From a virus, in IMG/VR virus record IMGVR_UViG_3300045993_000417, positions 1 to 64,000 of that record: 64,000 bases of DNA; one strand, 5' to 3'. A model generated the notes under the pieces. It made no database searches, had not been told where the DNA came from, and worked only from the letters and a program-made list of their open reading frames with translations. Below are positions 48,302 to 57,767 of this stretch, piece after piece. Position numbers and translations under genes: made by a program. Numbering within the stretch: the first letter of the stretch is position 1; every line of letters begins with the position of its first letter.

Positions 48302-48763
48302 ATGGATATCCACGATAACACTAGTTCCATCGGGGATGTAAGCCCAGTCGTAACTAGCACTACCTTTAGAAACAGTCTGAGGGGGAACACCGATGTGGTA
48401 TCCACGCTCAGGATTATAAAGGACATGAATCATGGCCTCTACTTCTGATTTCTTTACTTCCATGACCTTCTTGAAGAAGGCGATGATTTGTTCCCAGATC
48501 TCGTACTGAATCTTACCCGCTGGTAAAAAGGCAATTTCTTGCTTGGTCATTTCAGCAGGAATAACCTCAGACGCAGGACGAACGTACCCAGGGATGGAAT
48601 CCACTTTCAACCTAATGAAACGGTTCTCACCTCGGAATACGTGTCGCTTGAAAAACTCATCCTTTACTATGGTATAAATTTCTTTATACCCCTGTGCAAC
48701 TGCGTCCGTCTCTTCTTGAAGACTCGCACAGATGCAGCTAATGCTGGGCATTAATATTTGCAT
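48302..48763 (-). CDS. JAB/MPN+ isopeptidase, exon 1 (spliced product 442 aa)
   Basis: SEVEAM (catalytic Glu), VPPQTVSKGSASY, IVDIH. AGGAG SD. Confidence 0.85.
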
Positions 48764-48827
48764 CCTCCACTCCTTAAGTTAAGCTACAGGTGTTACTATA
48801 CTCTTATACCAAAAACTGCCGTTTTGT

Positions 48828-49634
48828 TTAACGACGTAGGTGCTCGTATGGAAATGGTTTGTTATCTTTAGCCAAATCACGCAGGTGGTGATACCACTGT
48901 CTGGGCGAGCCAAACTTAACGATGTTCACCTTACTAGAGATACCTAGGTCATTACTGAACGGAGATTCCCATAGGAAGTTATAGTAGTAGTCAAGACCAC
49001 GTAGGTTGTTATCCACAAACCTAGCAGGCATCTTGTTACCACCATAACACATGTTACATGAGTCATATGAGTTGGTGAACGGCATAAGGGAAATACCCTT
49101 AGTGTGATCAACTCTAATGATTTGAACATCCGTTGGTAGTTTATTAACAGGAGAGTCCGTGACGGTGTAGTATGCGTTCGTGTTAACCCAGTCATTCTTC
49201 TCACGTTTGAGTTTGTGACTGATGATGATGTTAGGCACTACGATGTCGAACTTCTCCGTCTTACCTTCACCCATATACTGGAAAGGCTTAATACCTTCTC
49301 TGTAGTAGCAAGATATATCCAACTCAGTAGGTCCTACCGCTATGAAGAACGCACTGGTAGGAAGTGTCAATGTCAGTTTACTCTCTTTTGAAAGAGTGTT
49401 AGTGGCTTTGAGTACTGAGTTGATGAAGTCCTCATAGGACACGGTCTTGGTGATTCCACCAACCCCCTTAACCACTACGGAGTCGTCAAGTAGTACCACT
49501 TCTTGTCCAGACACCTCTACCATTGCTAGCAAGGATCTCTCTAGATCAGAGAGTGAAGTTTCTTTGACCATTTTAGGAACAGCCTCTACCACCTCTACTT
49601 CTGGGCGTGAGCCCTCAATAAATATGTCGTTCAT
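48828..49634 (-). CDS. Prokaryotic E2-like conjugating enzyme (PRTRC protein B-like)
   Basis: PNII...LMPFTNSYDSCNMCYGGN..P...FWESPFSND resembles the PF.N....G.(I/M)C.G E2-family motif; operon context agrees. Confidence 0.75.
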   Translation of the reverse strand: MNDIFIEGSRPEVEVVEAVPKMVKETSLSDLERSLLAMVEVSGQEVVLLDDSVVVKGVGGITKTVSYEDFINSVLKATNTLSKESKLTLTLPTSAFFIAVGPTELDISCYYREGIKPFQYMGEGKTEKFDIVVPNIIISHKLKREKNDWVNTNAYYTVTDSPVNKLPTDVQIIRVDHTKGISLMPFTNSYDSCNMCYGGNKMPARFVDNNLRGLDYYYNFLWESPFSNDLGISSKVNIVKFGSPRQWYHHLRDLAKDNKPFPYEHLRR

Positions 49635-49897
49635 TATACGAAATCCTCTGAGGAAAAATTGGAGTAATGTTTAGCTTTTTGGAGAGTACTAATCACGCTG
49701 TTAACTACGTTTCTCAAGTGGAGACTACTCTCAAACTTGAAAGTACTAGTAAGATCCTTAACACAAGAAATTACGTCTTCACGAGTCTCAATGTTCCTTA
49801 TTACGCAAGCGTCTTTCACTACCTGGATAGCATCGGTAGAAATGTCTGAAGCGTTGTTCAACTCTAAAGCCATATTAGACAACATAGGCATTTGCAT
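49634..49897 (-). CDS. Hypothetical protein of the Ubl operon
   Basis: Translationally coupled on both sides. Confidence 0.6.
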   Translation of the reverse strand: MQMPMLSNMALELNNASDISTDAIQVVKDACVIRNIETREDVISCVKDLTSTFKFESSLHLRNVVNSVISTLQKAKHYSNFSSEDFV

Positions 49898-50675
49898 TGT
49901 AGTGACCCTTTCTGCTTAGCGTTTTGATGACTTTAGGTATGTCATCAAAGAATGTGAATAGATTGAATGAGGAGCACTCTGGATGAGAGGAGTAGGTATT
50001 TATTTGATTTTCAGCTGAGTTAAACTCGTATCTGTTTCCATCAGATTTATACCAAGATCCTAATTCTAATGTGAGGCGGATTGTAAATAGAATCTGGATA
50101 TTCTCCGTTGTGGTAGTAGGTATGTCCCCGAATATGTCTGTTCTACGGAAGGTCTTAATACGTAGTGGGCATCCATTAATGGCACACTTGTGATTGATGT
50201 ACCTAGCATACCTCTTTACGGTTGGGAAATCACAAGTATCATCGGTATCTTCCAAGAATGATGACACACTTTCAAAACTTAAGTTAATGTAGCTAGAGTT
50301 TTTATCACTTATATATCCATACTCTACTAGGTCACTATGAGGTATACTCTTAACCACTTTGAGTAGAGGTAGATCCAGATGGAACCTATTGTAGTGAAGC
50401 TCTATCTCCGCCTTCTCCATGAAGTCCATGTAGGGTACCTTCTTAAGGACTTGACCGTACAAAGAGGTATAGATCTTTTTAAAAAACTTCCTAGCGTTGG
50501 TTGAATTAACTCTGATGTCAGCCACTACCGTGGAGGAGCTGGGGATAATGCCATACTCCTTACTCTTAGAAGTAGTGAACTCTAGGAGCTTCTTGATTTT
50601 TGTTCCACTATACTCCGTTACTAAACTCGTCAAAGATGATAAGCTATTTTTTAGAAAAATCTTTACTGTTGCCAT
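49875..50675 (-). CDS. Hypothetical protein of the Ubl operon, 266 aa
   Basis: GAGGAG SD. Confidence 0.7.
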   Translation of the reverse strand: MATVKIFLKNSLSSLTSLVTEYSGTKIKKLLEFTTSKSKEYGIIPSSSTVVADIRVNSTNARKFFKKIYTSLYGQVLKKVPYMDFMEKAEIELHYNRFHLDLPLLKVVKSIPHSDLVEYGYISDKNSSYINLSFESVSSFLEDTDDTCDFPTVKRYARYINHKCAINGCPLRIKTFRRTDIFGDIPTTTTENIQILFTIRLTLELGSWYKSDGNRYEFNSAENQINTYSSHPECSSFNLFTFFDDIPKVIKTLSRKGHYNANAYVV

Positions 50676-50749
50676 GATTGAATTCTCCTCTTACTAAAAA
50701 AAACGGGTCCAGCTGGACCCGAACCCGTTTCTCTACCTGATACTAGGGA

Positions 50750-50965
50750 TTAACCCTTTGTACCTGTCTTTGGACGGAAGGTGATGACGCGAACTTGGCC
50801 AATGCCATCACGTGTCACGATTTCTTCCGAAGATTGATAGCCGGACAGACCTGGGATCTGGCTGGAATACGCTGCGATAACCTGAGAAACGCTCAATGAC
50901 CCAGGGACCTGGTACTCGGTATCAGTTGCGGTAATTACGATGTTTGTTTGGACGATCTCTGCCAT
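50750..50965 (-). CDS. Ubiquitin-like beta-grasp protein (PRTRC protein C-like)
   Basis: 71 aa, beta-beta-alpha-beta pattern, ends ITFRPKTGTKG with a free C-terminal Gly. First gene of the operon, followed by a hairpin at ~50697-50730. Confidence 0.8.
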   Translation of the reverse strand: MAEIVQTNIVITATDTEYQVPGSLSVSQVIAAYSSQIPGLSGYQSSEEIVTRDGIGQVRVITFRPKTGTKG

Positions 50966-51093
50966 TTTGATTCCTTTTTCGTTAACGATTTAAAAAGTAT
51001 GAGCTAAAAGGAAATGCTACTAGCCGGCTAATAACTATGCTTTTCCCGCTCAATACTGTTATACCACAGTATCACAATTTATTGAAAGTCGGG

Positions 51094-51122
51094 TTGACAC
51101 GTATGGTATGTTGAGTTAAGAT
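51094..51122 (+). promoter_or_regulatory. Sigma70-type promoter TTGACA-N17-TAAGAT
   Basis: Near-consensus -35 and -10 with a 17-bp spacer, upstream of RHH-HNH-terminase. Confidence 0.7.
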
Positions 51123-51160
51123 ACGTATATCTGAACACATGTGATAACTGACCAAACAAA

Positions 51161-51295
51161 ATGATAAGAACTAACTTCTACTTCCCACAAGTAATGATTG
51201 ACAGATTAAAGGCCGTCAAAGAGCGCACCGGCATACCTATGTCTGAGTTCATCCGTAGGGCTATTGAGCGTGCATTGACTGAGGCTGGGGTTTAG
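51161..51295 (+). CDS. Ribbon-helix-helix DNA-binding protein, 44 aa; not in the ORF track
   Basis: MIRTNFYFPQVMIDRLKAVKERTGIPMSEFIRRAIERAL is a CopG/Arc-like pattern. Confidence 0.8.
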   Translation: MIRTNFYFPQVMIDRLKAVKERTGIPMSEFIRRAIERALTEAGV

Positions 51296-51296
51296 C

Positions 51297-51950
51297 GTGG
51301 CTAACCTCAACTCCAGGGGCATCGACTTAGATACCCATAAGAAAATTTGTAATACATGTGCAGTAGAAAAGCTAGGCACTGAATTCAGCAAAGCATCCAA
51401 TAATAAAGATGGCCTTGTTTGTAAATGTAGGCCCTGTGTCAAAGAATGGGATAGAAAACATCGTGAGGCCAATCTGGAAGAGATTAAGGCTTACGATAGA
51501 GCTAGATATATAAGAGATAGAGAGAAAAGGTTAGCCCTATCTAAACATTGCAATAGCAAGCGTAAACCTATAAAAAAAATACAGGACGCTGTACGTTATA
51601 ACTTAAATAGAGAGGCGGCTTTATTAAGAGCAGCAGTTTATAAAAGGGAAAATAGGGGTAGGTATAATGCTTTAGGCAGAGCTAGAGAACTTAAAAAAAT
51701 CCAAGCCACGCCTTCATGGTCAGAAAGGGAAGAAATAATATCTCTGTATAACGAGGCCACTAGGCTGACGGTTGAAACAGGTATTCCTCATCATGTAGAT
51801 CATATTATACCCATCACCCACTCATTAGTTCAGGGCCTTCATGTACTAGCGAACTTGCGCATACTTACCGCTAAGAAAAACATAGAACGTGGAAATCGTA
51901 TAGACTTAGATAAATACGATCATTTTTTACCTAATGAATTACAACCATGA
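51297..51950 (+). CDS. HNH homing endonuclease
   Basis: KICNTC...CKCRPC; QATPSW; HVDHIIP...GLHVLANLRILTAKKN. Confidence 0.88.
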   Translation: MANLNSRGIDLDTHKKICNTCAVEKLGTEFSKASNNKDGLVCKCRPCVKEWDRKHREANLEEIKAYDRARYIRDREKRLALSKHCNSKRKPIKKIQDAVRYNLNREAALLRAAVYKRENRGRYNALGRARELKKIQATPSWSEREEIISLYNEATRLTVETGIPHHVDHIIPITHSLVQGLHVLANLRILTAKKNIERGNRIDLDKYDHFLPNELQP

Positions 51951-53614
51951 GTACTCCGTCTAGCCTTATAAAATTAAAACCTTCAGAGATAGCTAGGGCA
52001 CTACTACAGGTAAGGGGTAAGCCTTTAAATATGAAGGACTACCTTCCTATGGAGTTAATCTACGATATAGCCCCACAACAACTGGTTTTACGCGCTTCGA
52101 GGCAGATCGGGAAGTCATTAGGGCTAGGCGCTACAATCATAGCTCAATCTGTGATTAGACCTTTCTTTACTACTATGTTTATATCCCCCTTGAGTGGTCA
52201 AACTAGTAGGTTTTCTTCGGCATACCTGGACCCCTTTTTAGACAGTCCAGTACTGAAAAAACATTTCTTGGATAGCTCTTCTAAAAAGAACGTATTTGAA
52301 AAATCCCTAAATAACGGATCACGCATTTATCTCAGCTACGCAGAAACAGAATCCGATTCAAATCGCGTACGCGGGGCTTCCTGTGATCAGCTACTTTTAG
52401 ATGAAGTACAGGACCTGCAGGGTTCAGCCTTACCAGTTCTATATGAAACACTATCAGCTTCTGAATTCGGATTTAAAAGGTTGGCTGGAACCAGTAAGAC
52501 TCTAAACAACACCCTAGAGATAGAATATAAAAAATCCTCGCAGTGTGAATGGATTTGTAAATGTGACCATTGTGGTAAATACAGTATCCCAATAGATTTT
52601 GAGACGTGCTTGAAGATGTCAGAAAACCCGCTAGGTCCAGGATGTGTGCACTGTGGTAAAGTATTAAACATGTCAACTGGTAGGTGGGCAGCGGCTAGGC
52701 CTGATGTTAAAAGCTACATCGGAATGCATCTCCCCCAGCTTATATTCCCAGTCCGTAATAGATTAGGAACCGCTGAAAAGCCTGGAAAATGGGAAGAGAT
52801 GCGAGCCAAAATATTCGGGGTAAATGGGTCACCAGGATACTCCATGCAGAAAGTAGCGAATGAGGTCTTCGGGTTGCCGTCGGGAGAGGGCGGCCGTATC
52901 TTATCTCTTAAAGAGTGTATGGATTGTTGTAACTCAGAAAAAACAGAGTGGGACAAGGGGTTTCCTAGAGACTCTAGAAACATAGTGTGTACCGTACTGG
53001 GGGTAGATTGGTCCGTGTCAGGAAGTACTAAGTCTTACACAATAATTTCAGTGTTAGGATACGACTATAATGGTAAGTGTTACCTATTATACAGCCAAAA
53101 ATTGGACGGGATTGATATCTTGCTCCAAGTAAAACGTGCTGAACAACTCTACTATGATTTTGAGTGTTCCTTCATTGGCTCAGATAGAGGGGTTGGAGTA
53201 CTACAAGGCCAGTTGTTTAAGCAGCATCTAGGGGAGAATAAGGTAGCTATGGTCAACTACGTAGCAGCTAAGGCTCAACTACGCTGGGATAAACAGGGTT
53301 TGTTCTATGCTGCAGACCGCACCATGAACATAGATACCGTTATTCTAAAGATGAAACTTGGTAGGGGAAGATTTGAGACACCGGCGTGGGGGCTAACTAA
53401 CCCATTCTGGCAGGATGCCCTTAACGTGTATGAGGAGGAATCTCAGTCCGGACGTAGACTATATAGACACGACCAAGACTTATGTGATGACTGGCTCCAT
53501 TCAATCGTATTCGCAAACGTAGCGTACATGGTACTTAAAGGTGACTTCGTTTATACTGACGAAACTCCTTCTCACTCTGATTCACTATTTGATATAGACA
53601 ATTTCATAGCGTAG
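51947..53614 (+). CDS. Terminase large subunit
   Basis: RASRQIGKS (Walker A), LLLDEVQD (Walker B), AGT coupling motif, CxxC pair, GVDW...DDWLHS nuclease domain. Confidence 0.9.
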   Translation: MSTPSSLIKLKPSEIARALLQVRGKPLNMKDYLPMELIYDIAPQQLVLRASRQIGKSLGLGATIIAQSVIRPFFTTMFISPLSGQTSRFSSAYLDPFLDSPVLKKHFLDSSSKKNVFEKSLNNGSRIYLSYAETESDSNRVRGASCDQLLLDEVQDLQGSALPVLYETLSASEFGFKRLAGTSKTLNNTLEIEYKKSSQCEWICKCDHCGKYSIPIDFETCLKMSENPLGPGCVHCGKVLNMSTGRWAAARPDVKSYIGMHLPQLIFPVRNRLGTAEKPGKWEEMRAKIFGVNGSPGYSMQKVANEVFGLPSGEGGRILSLKECMDCCNSEKTEWDKGFPRDSRNIVCTVLGVDWSVSGSTKSYTIISVLGYDYNGKCYLLYSQKLDGIDILLQVKRAEQLYYDFECSFIGSDRGVGVLQGQLFKQHLGENKVAMVNYVAAKAQLRWDKQGLFYAADRTMNIDTVILKMKLGRGRFETPAWGLTNPFWQDALNVYEEESQSGRRLYRHDQDLCDDWLHSIVFANVAYMVLKGDFVYTDETPSHSDSLFDIDNFIA

Positions 53615-53656
53615 TGTTAACATACGCTTTTACACATAACCTAACCGGAGAAATAA

Positions 53657-54130
53657 ATGGGACTACCAGATTTTGAAACAACAAAGAAAGACGACGAAGT
53701 AATCGTAGAGAAACAAGAAGTTAAAGTTGAGGATAAACCAGCTAAGCCAGAGTACGACGAGAATGAACTACTGGCAATCTTCGATGAGATCATCTTCTCC
53801 GGAGAGTATACTGAGAAAGTGAGCATTCGTGGTAAGCTCAACATTACACTACGTACTCGCACTGCAGAAGAGGTATCTAAGATTACAAGTAAGATAGACC
53901 TAACCCCTTCTAATCTAATCTCTACGGCGAATGAACGTAGAGCGTTGATGAACCTACATTTCGCTTTAGTAGAGTATCAGGGTAAAGACATTTCTAAGGC
54001 TAAGGCTGAAGATAGGGAGAAATTCATTAATAGCTTGCCTGCACCAGTCATTGGAACATTACTGATATCTCTTGATAGATTTGATAGGAAGGTATATAAA
54101 GCCTGTGAGGTGGGTGAAGAAAATTTTTAA
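53657..54130 (+). CDS. Tail assembly chaperone (G-like)
   Basis: Lies upstream of the tape measure gene and ends on the slippery A AAT TTT. Confidence 0.7.
   Translation: MGLPDFETTKKDDEVIVEKQEVKVEDKPAKPEYDENELLAIFDEIIFSGEYTEKVSIRGKLNITLRTRTAEEVSKITSKIDLTPSNLISTANERRALMNLHFALVEYQGKDISKAKAEDREKFINSLPAPVIGTLLISLDRFDRKVYKACEVGEENF
54121..54127 (+). other. Programmed -1 frameshift heptamer A AAT TTT
   Basis: X XXY YYZ just before the stop. The -1 frame (LKHSWAIHRLRL...) is open into 54199..54642. Confidence 0.75.
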
Positions 54131-54642
54131 AACACTCCTGGGCCATACATAGGCTCAGGCTTCATACCTCGGGAGTTGAGTTACCTAAGTTAGGGTCTAT
54201 GAGGGATAGGGTGTTTAGAGAGTTTTCTGTACGTGAAGCTAGGAAGGACATACATCACGTAAACATGCTGGCGCTAGTAGCGTCTTCTAACTTAAGATTT
54301 GAAGCAGGCCAAGAAGGTAAGGCTTCAGAGTGGTTAGCTAAGGTTAAGACGGTATTCACTAACTATAGTAGTTCGGCATTGGGTATAGAGCTTACACAGA
54401 CTGATACTCAAGAGATGGAGATGGCTGATGCGTACGGTAAATTTGTTAAGGGTCTAAGGCCTAAACTATCTAAAGATAGTAAGCACGGTGGTTTGGTTGT
54501 TACTGGTTTGGACAAACTCTTCCTTGCACACGGGGAAAAGCCTCCCCTACCAAGTGAGCCAGAGAAGGAGCAGAAACAGGACACTAAGAAGCCTGAACCT
54601 GCAAAAACTAAAAAACTGAGAACTAATTTAAGGCCCGACTAA
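54127..54642 (+). CDS. Tail chaperone frameshift extension (GT-like)
   Basis: The -1 frame is open from the slippery site and contains ORF 54199..54642. Terminator at 54631-54659. Confidence 0.7.
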   Translation, partial: LKHSWAIHRLRLHTSGVELPKLGSMRDRVFREFSVREARKDIHHVNMLALVASSNLRFEAGQEGKASEWLAKVKTVFTNYSSSALGIELTQTDTQEMEMADAYGKFVKGLRPKLSKDSKHGGLVVTGLDKLFLAHGEKPPLPSEPEKEQKQDTKKPEPAKTKKLRTNLRPD

Positions 54643-54674
54643 CGTCGGGCTTTTCTTTTAACTAAAATACAGCT

Positions 54675-57600
54675 ATGTTCGGAAACGATGATATTTATAG
54701 AAGTCAAGCTGACATGGGTGCTAACTCATTCACTGGACCACAAAACAGTAATATTGGTGGACAAGGCTGGGGAGTCGATTCCAGTCTTCTAACACCGAGT
54801 TACGCAGCCCCCTATCGCCCTCAATGGTCCGGTCAGGGTAGTCAGAACGACTACACTAAGCGTGGATTCTTTAGCTCAGCCAATCAGCTGATGCCTTGGC
54901 AGACTTACGGCCATACCGCCCCTCAAGACAATTGGCACTCTAACATTAACTCAATGGTGGAATCACCGTTTGACGTAGCGGCATTCGCAGTACAAAGAAT
55001 AGCAGCACCGATTGTAGCTTTTAAAGTAGCCAACAGCCTACTGGGGCCTAAATCCTTCACGGGGGCCTTCCGTGGAGAAGGTGCCGGAGCAGCCTTTGGT
55101 AAAAGCATTGCCTCTTCCACAGCTAGAGGCTTCATGGGTGGGGTAGGCGCAGGCGCAGCCACTACTGCCAGAGTGGCGGGATTTGTAGGTGGAGCAGGAA
55201 GCGCCATAGGTGCAGTAGCATTACCCTATGCAGCTGCTATGACAGCGCTGGCCGGGGCTGAGAGAGCTATATTCAACCCCTATATCAATAACATGAAGCA
55301 GGCTGAGTCTATATACCAGAACTTCCAAGGGGTATCCTTCACCGACGCCAAGGGTAGTGCATCGACAGGTAGAGGCATAGGGTATAAAGACTCTATGAGA
55401 ATGTCTCAGGATATTACCAAGATGGGCATCAAAGATATGATGTTCTCTACCGGTGAGTTCAGAGAGCTATCCGATATGGGTATGCGCTCAGGTATGATGG
55501 ACAACGCTAAATCTGGTGATATAGTAAGAAGAGTGAAGGAGATGTCTGACCAGATAAAATTGGTCATGGCTGTCTCTAAGGATCCAAATGTTCAGAGTGC
55601 CATAGAGAGCTTGGCAAAGTTACAGATGGGCGGGGCTTCTGGTGCTAAGGCTACTAGGGCTTACTCTCAAATAGGCATGGCCGCATCAGTGGCTGGGGCT
55701 AGTGTACAAAGAGTTATGGATACGGTGGGTGCCCAGGGGGGTTACCTATACGCTCAGAATGGTATGACACCATACTTAGGCCAGGTGGCTGCCGCTAACA
55801 CTATGTCATCATTCGCTGCAGCAAATAGGATGGGTCTTATTAGCCCAGAGCAGTTATCCAGAATGGGTGGAGTAGAAGGTGCTACTCAGTCTTCCTTAAC
55901 TGCCCAGATCAATGCCTCTCAGTCTACCCTGGGTAAGATGATGGCGTATAACCACTATCTGGGTGGAGGGGCCGGAGGCAGTACGGTAGGATCGGTGGCT
56001 AACTTCGGTAGAAGTATGTCTCAAGACCCAATTAAAACTATGGGTGCTATGTTGTTAAATGGCAATCAGGCTTCAGCCAAGATGATGAGCGAAAGAGGCT
56101 CAATGTCTACTGAAGATCAGATAATGATGATTGCCAGGGATATGCCTGGACAGGTTAACTCTGAGGGTAAAATATCAGCAGAGACTGCAGCCTGGATTAT
56201 GTCTACAAAGATGGGCATTGGCCAGTCTGAGATAATAGCCTTCCTAGAAAATAGAAAAGCTGAAACTAGTCCTGAAACATTAGAGGCCTCTCAAAAAGCA
56301 AGGACCGCCTTCGTCAGGGACCAAGCCCGCTCTATTGTAGAGCAGGACAACGTATACGACACAGTAATAGGTAGAGCTTACAACAAGATAAGCAAGTGGG
56401 GTAGGGATGTAACAGCAGACTTTGCCGAGAGCAGTGTAGACCCAGTTAACACACTAATAGCGAATATTAAGGAATCCGGACAGGAGATATTAGATACCAA
56501 TGGGTGGTTCGGAAGCTCCTTAGGTGGTAAAGAGGTATCCCTTGATTCTAACGAGGGTGACTTTGCCATAGACGGAGATATAAGTAAGGTACCTAAATCA
56601 TCATACAGGATGAAAGTAGCTAACGGAATTTCCCTTAGGGAAGATTACCGCGCAATTACAGGTACAACGACTAAAACCGGTACTAGGACCCAGAGACAGC
56701 TGATGAAGGCTATAAACGCCGCCGCAGATAATAGGGACATGGAAGCTGGAGCTGCTCTAGAGGCGATGGCAACTGCAACGGACCCTGATTCTAAGGTAAA
56801 AGCCAAGGATATGATGACAAAGGTGGCACGTAAGATAGCCTTGAAATCAGGAATGAAGAGTGACTTCATGAGAGACGAGGATATAGAGGGTGTTGTTGAT
56901 CTTGCGGCTGATTCTGAGTATAAAGAAAACAAGGTAGATCAATCAGAGTTTAAAACTCTTGATTATATGTTGTCTGAGGCTATGGGTGATAAGAACCGCA
57001 CAGGTCATGATAATGCAGCATTACTAGGTAGTGCTGTATCCCTTGTAGGCAGGGGACTATCAGCAACAGATAGAAGAGACTTATTAGAAACTAAACAGGC
57101 ATCGGACATATCAAAAGCCTTTGGTATAGACTCTAGCACTGAAGATGGAAAGAAGATTCTACTTAAGAAGATACAAGACTTAACTAAGACTGCTGAGCTA
57201 TCCGGTGTCAATGTACCTTTATTGTTAGAGTCAGCCGATCAAGGTACGTTAGATGACATAATGAAAGACGGAGGGGCTAGGATTAAGGGTAAAGACGCTC
57301 AGTCTAAAATCAAGGCCATACTAGCAGATAAAAGTAAAACGGTTGAAGAACAGCGTGCCGCTGTAAATAAAGTAGTAGAGAGAGCAGCAGCTGTAGAAGG
57401 TGTAGTGAAATCAGAGAAGACTACTACTAGTCTACAGGATGATGCCGGTATACAAAAAGCTGCCACCGCATCTGTTCTTCAGCATGAGAGTGCAGTAAAA
57501 GCTTTATTGCTTAACAAATCAGACATTGACTCTACTAACTTCAGTGCAGCTACTACTAAACTAGACAGTGCCGCTACTACTTTTGAAAGAGCCGTAAGAG

Positions 57601-57767
57601 TGTTTGCTGCGTCTCAAGGAATAGATATACCGGCAGAAACTAAGACACCTGCTGCTGAGAATAAACAGAATGTAGATAATAAAACGGATGTACCAGCAGC
57701 AGATATCAGAGATACTATATCTAATTCTTACTTAGGGAAAAAGCTGGGATTTAGAAGGACCTTATAA
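54675..57767 (+). CDS. Tape measure protein
   Basis: 1030 aa, Ala/Gly/Met-rich helical, follows the chaperones. Confidence 0.8.
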   Translation: MFGNDDIYRSQADMGANSFTGPQNSNIGGQGWGVDSSLLTPSYAAPYRPQWSGQGSQNDYTKRGFFSSANQLMPWQTYGHTAPQDNWHSNINSMVESPFDVAAFAVQRIAAPIVAFKVANSLLGPKSFTGAFRGEGAGAAFGKSIASSTARGFMGGVGAGAATTARVAGFVGGAGSAIGAVALPYAAAMTALAGAERAIFNPYINNMKQAESIYQNFQGVSFTDAKGSASTGRGIGYKDSMRMSQDITKMGIKDMMFSTGEFRELSDMGMRSGMMDNAKSGDIVRRVKEMSDQIKLVMAVSKDPNVQSAIESLAKLQMGGASGAKATRAYSQIGMAASVAGASVQRVMDTVGAQGGYLYAQNGMTPYLGQVAAANTMSSFAAANRMGLISPEQLSRMGGVEGATQSSLTAQINASQSTLGKMMAYNHYLGGGAGGSTVGSVANFGRSMSQDPIKTMGAMLLNGNQASAKMMSERGSMSTEDQIMMIARDMPGQVNSEGKISAETAAWIMSTKMGIGQSEIIAFLENRKAETSPETLEASQKARTAFVRDQARSIVEQDNVYDTVIGRAYNKISKWGRDVTADFAESSVDPVNTLIANIKESGQEILDTNGWFGSSLGGKEVSLDSNEGDFAIDGDISKVPKSSYRMKVANGISLREDYRAITGTTTKTGTRTQRQLMKAINAAADNRDMEAGAALEAMATATDPDSKVKAKDMMTKVARKIALKSGMKSDFMRDEDIEGVVDLAADSEYKENKVDQSEFKTLDYMLSEAMGDKNRTGHDNAALLGSAVSLVGRGLSATDRRDLLETKQASDISKAFGIDSSTEDGKKILLKKIQDLTKTAELSGVNVPLLLESADQGTLDDIMKDGGARIKGKDAQSKIKAILADKSKTVEEQRAAVNKVVERAAAVEGVVKSEKTTTSLQDDAGIQKAATASVLQHESAVKALLLNKSDIDSTNFSAATTKLDSAATTFERAVRVFAASQGIDIPAETKTPAAENKQNVDNKTDVPAADIRDTISNSYLGKKLGFRRTL

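Noticed and set aside
48136-48448. ORFs 48136..48426 and 48164..48448 as an intron homing endonuclease
   Set aside because: They are short, straddle the exon and ribozyme core, and lack nuclease motifs.
51947-53614. Intein or intron in the terminase
   Set aside because: The ORF is continuous, of normal length, with no intein splice motifs.
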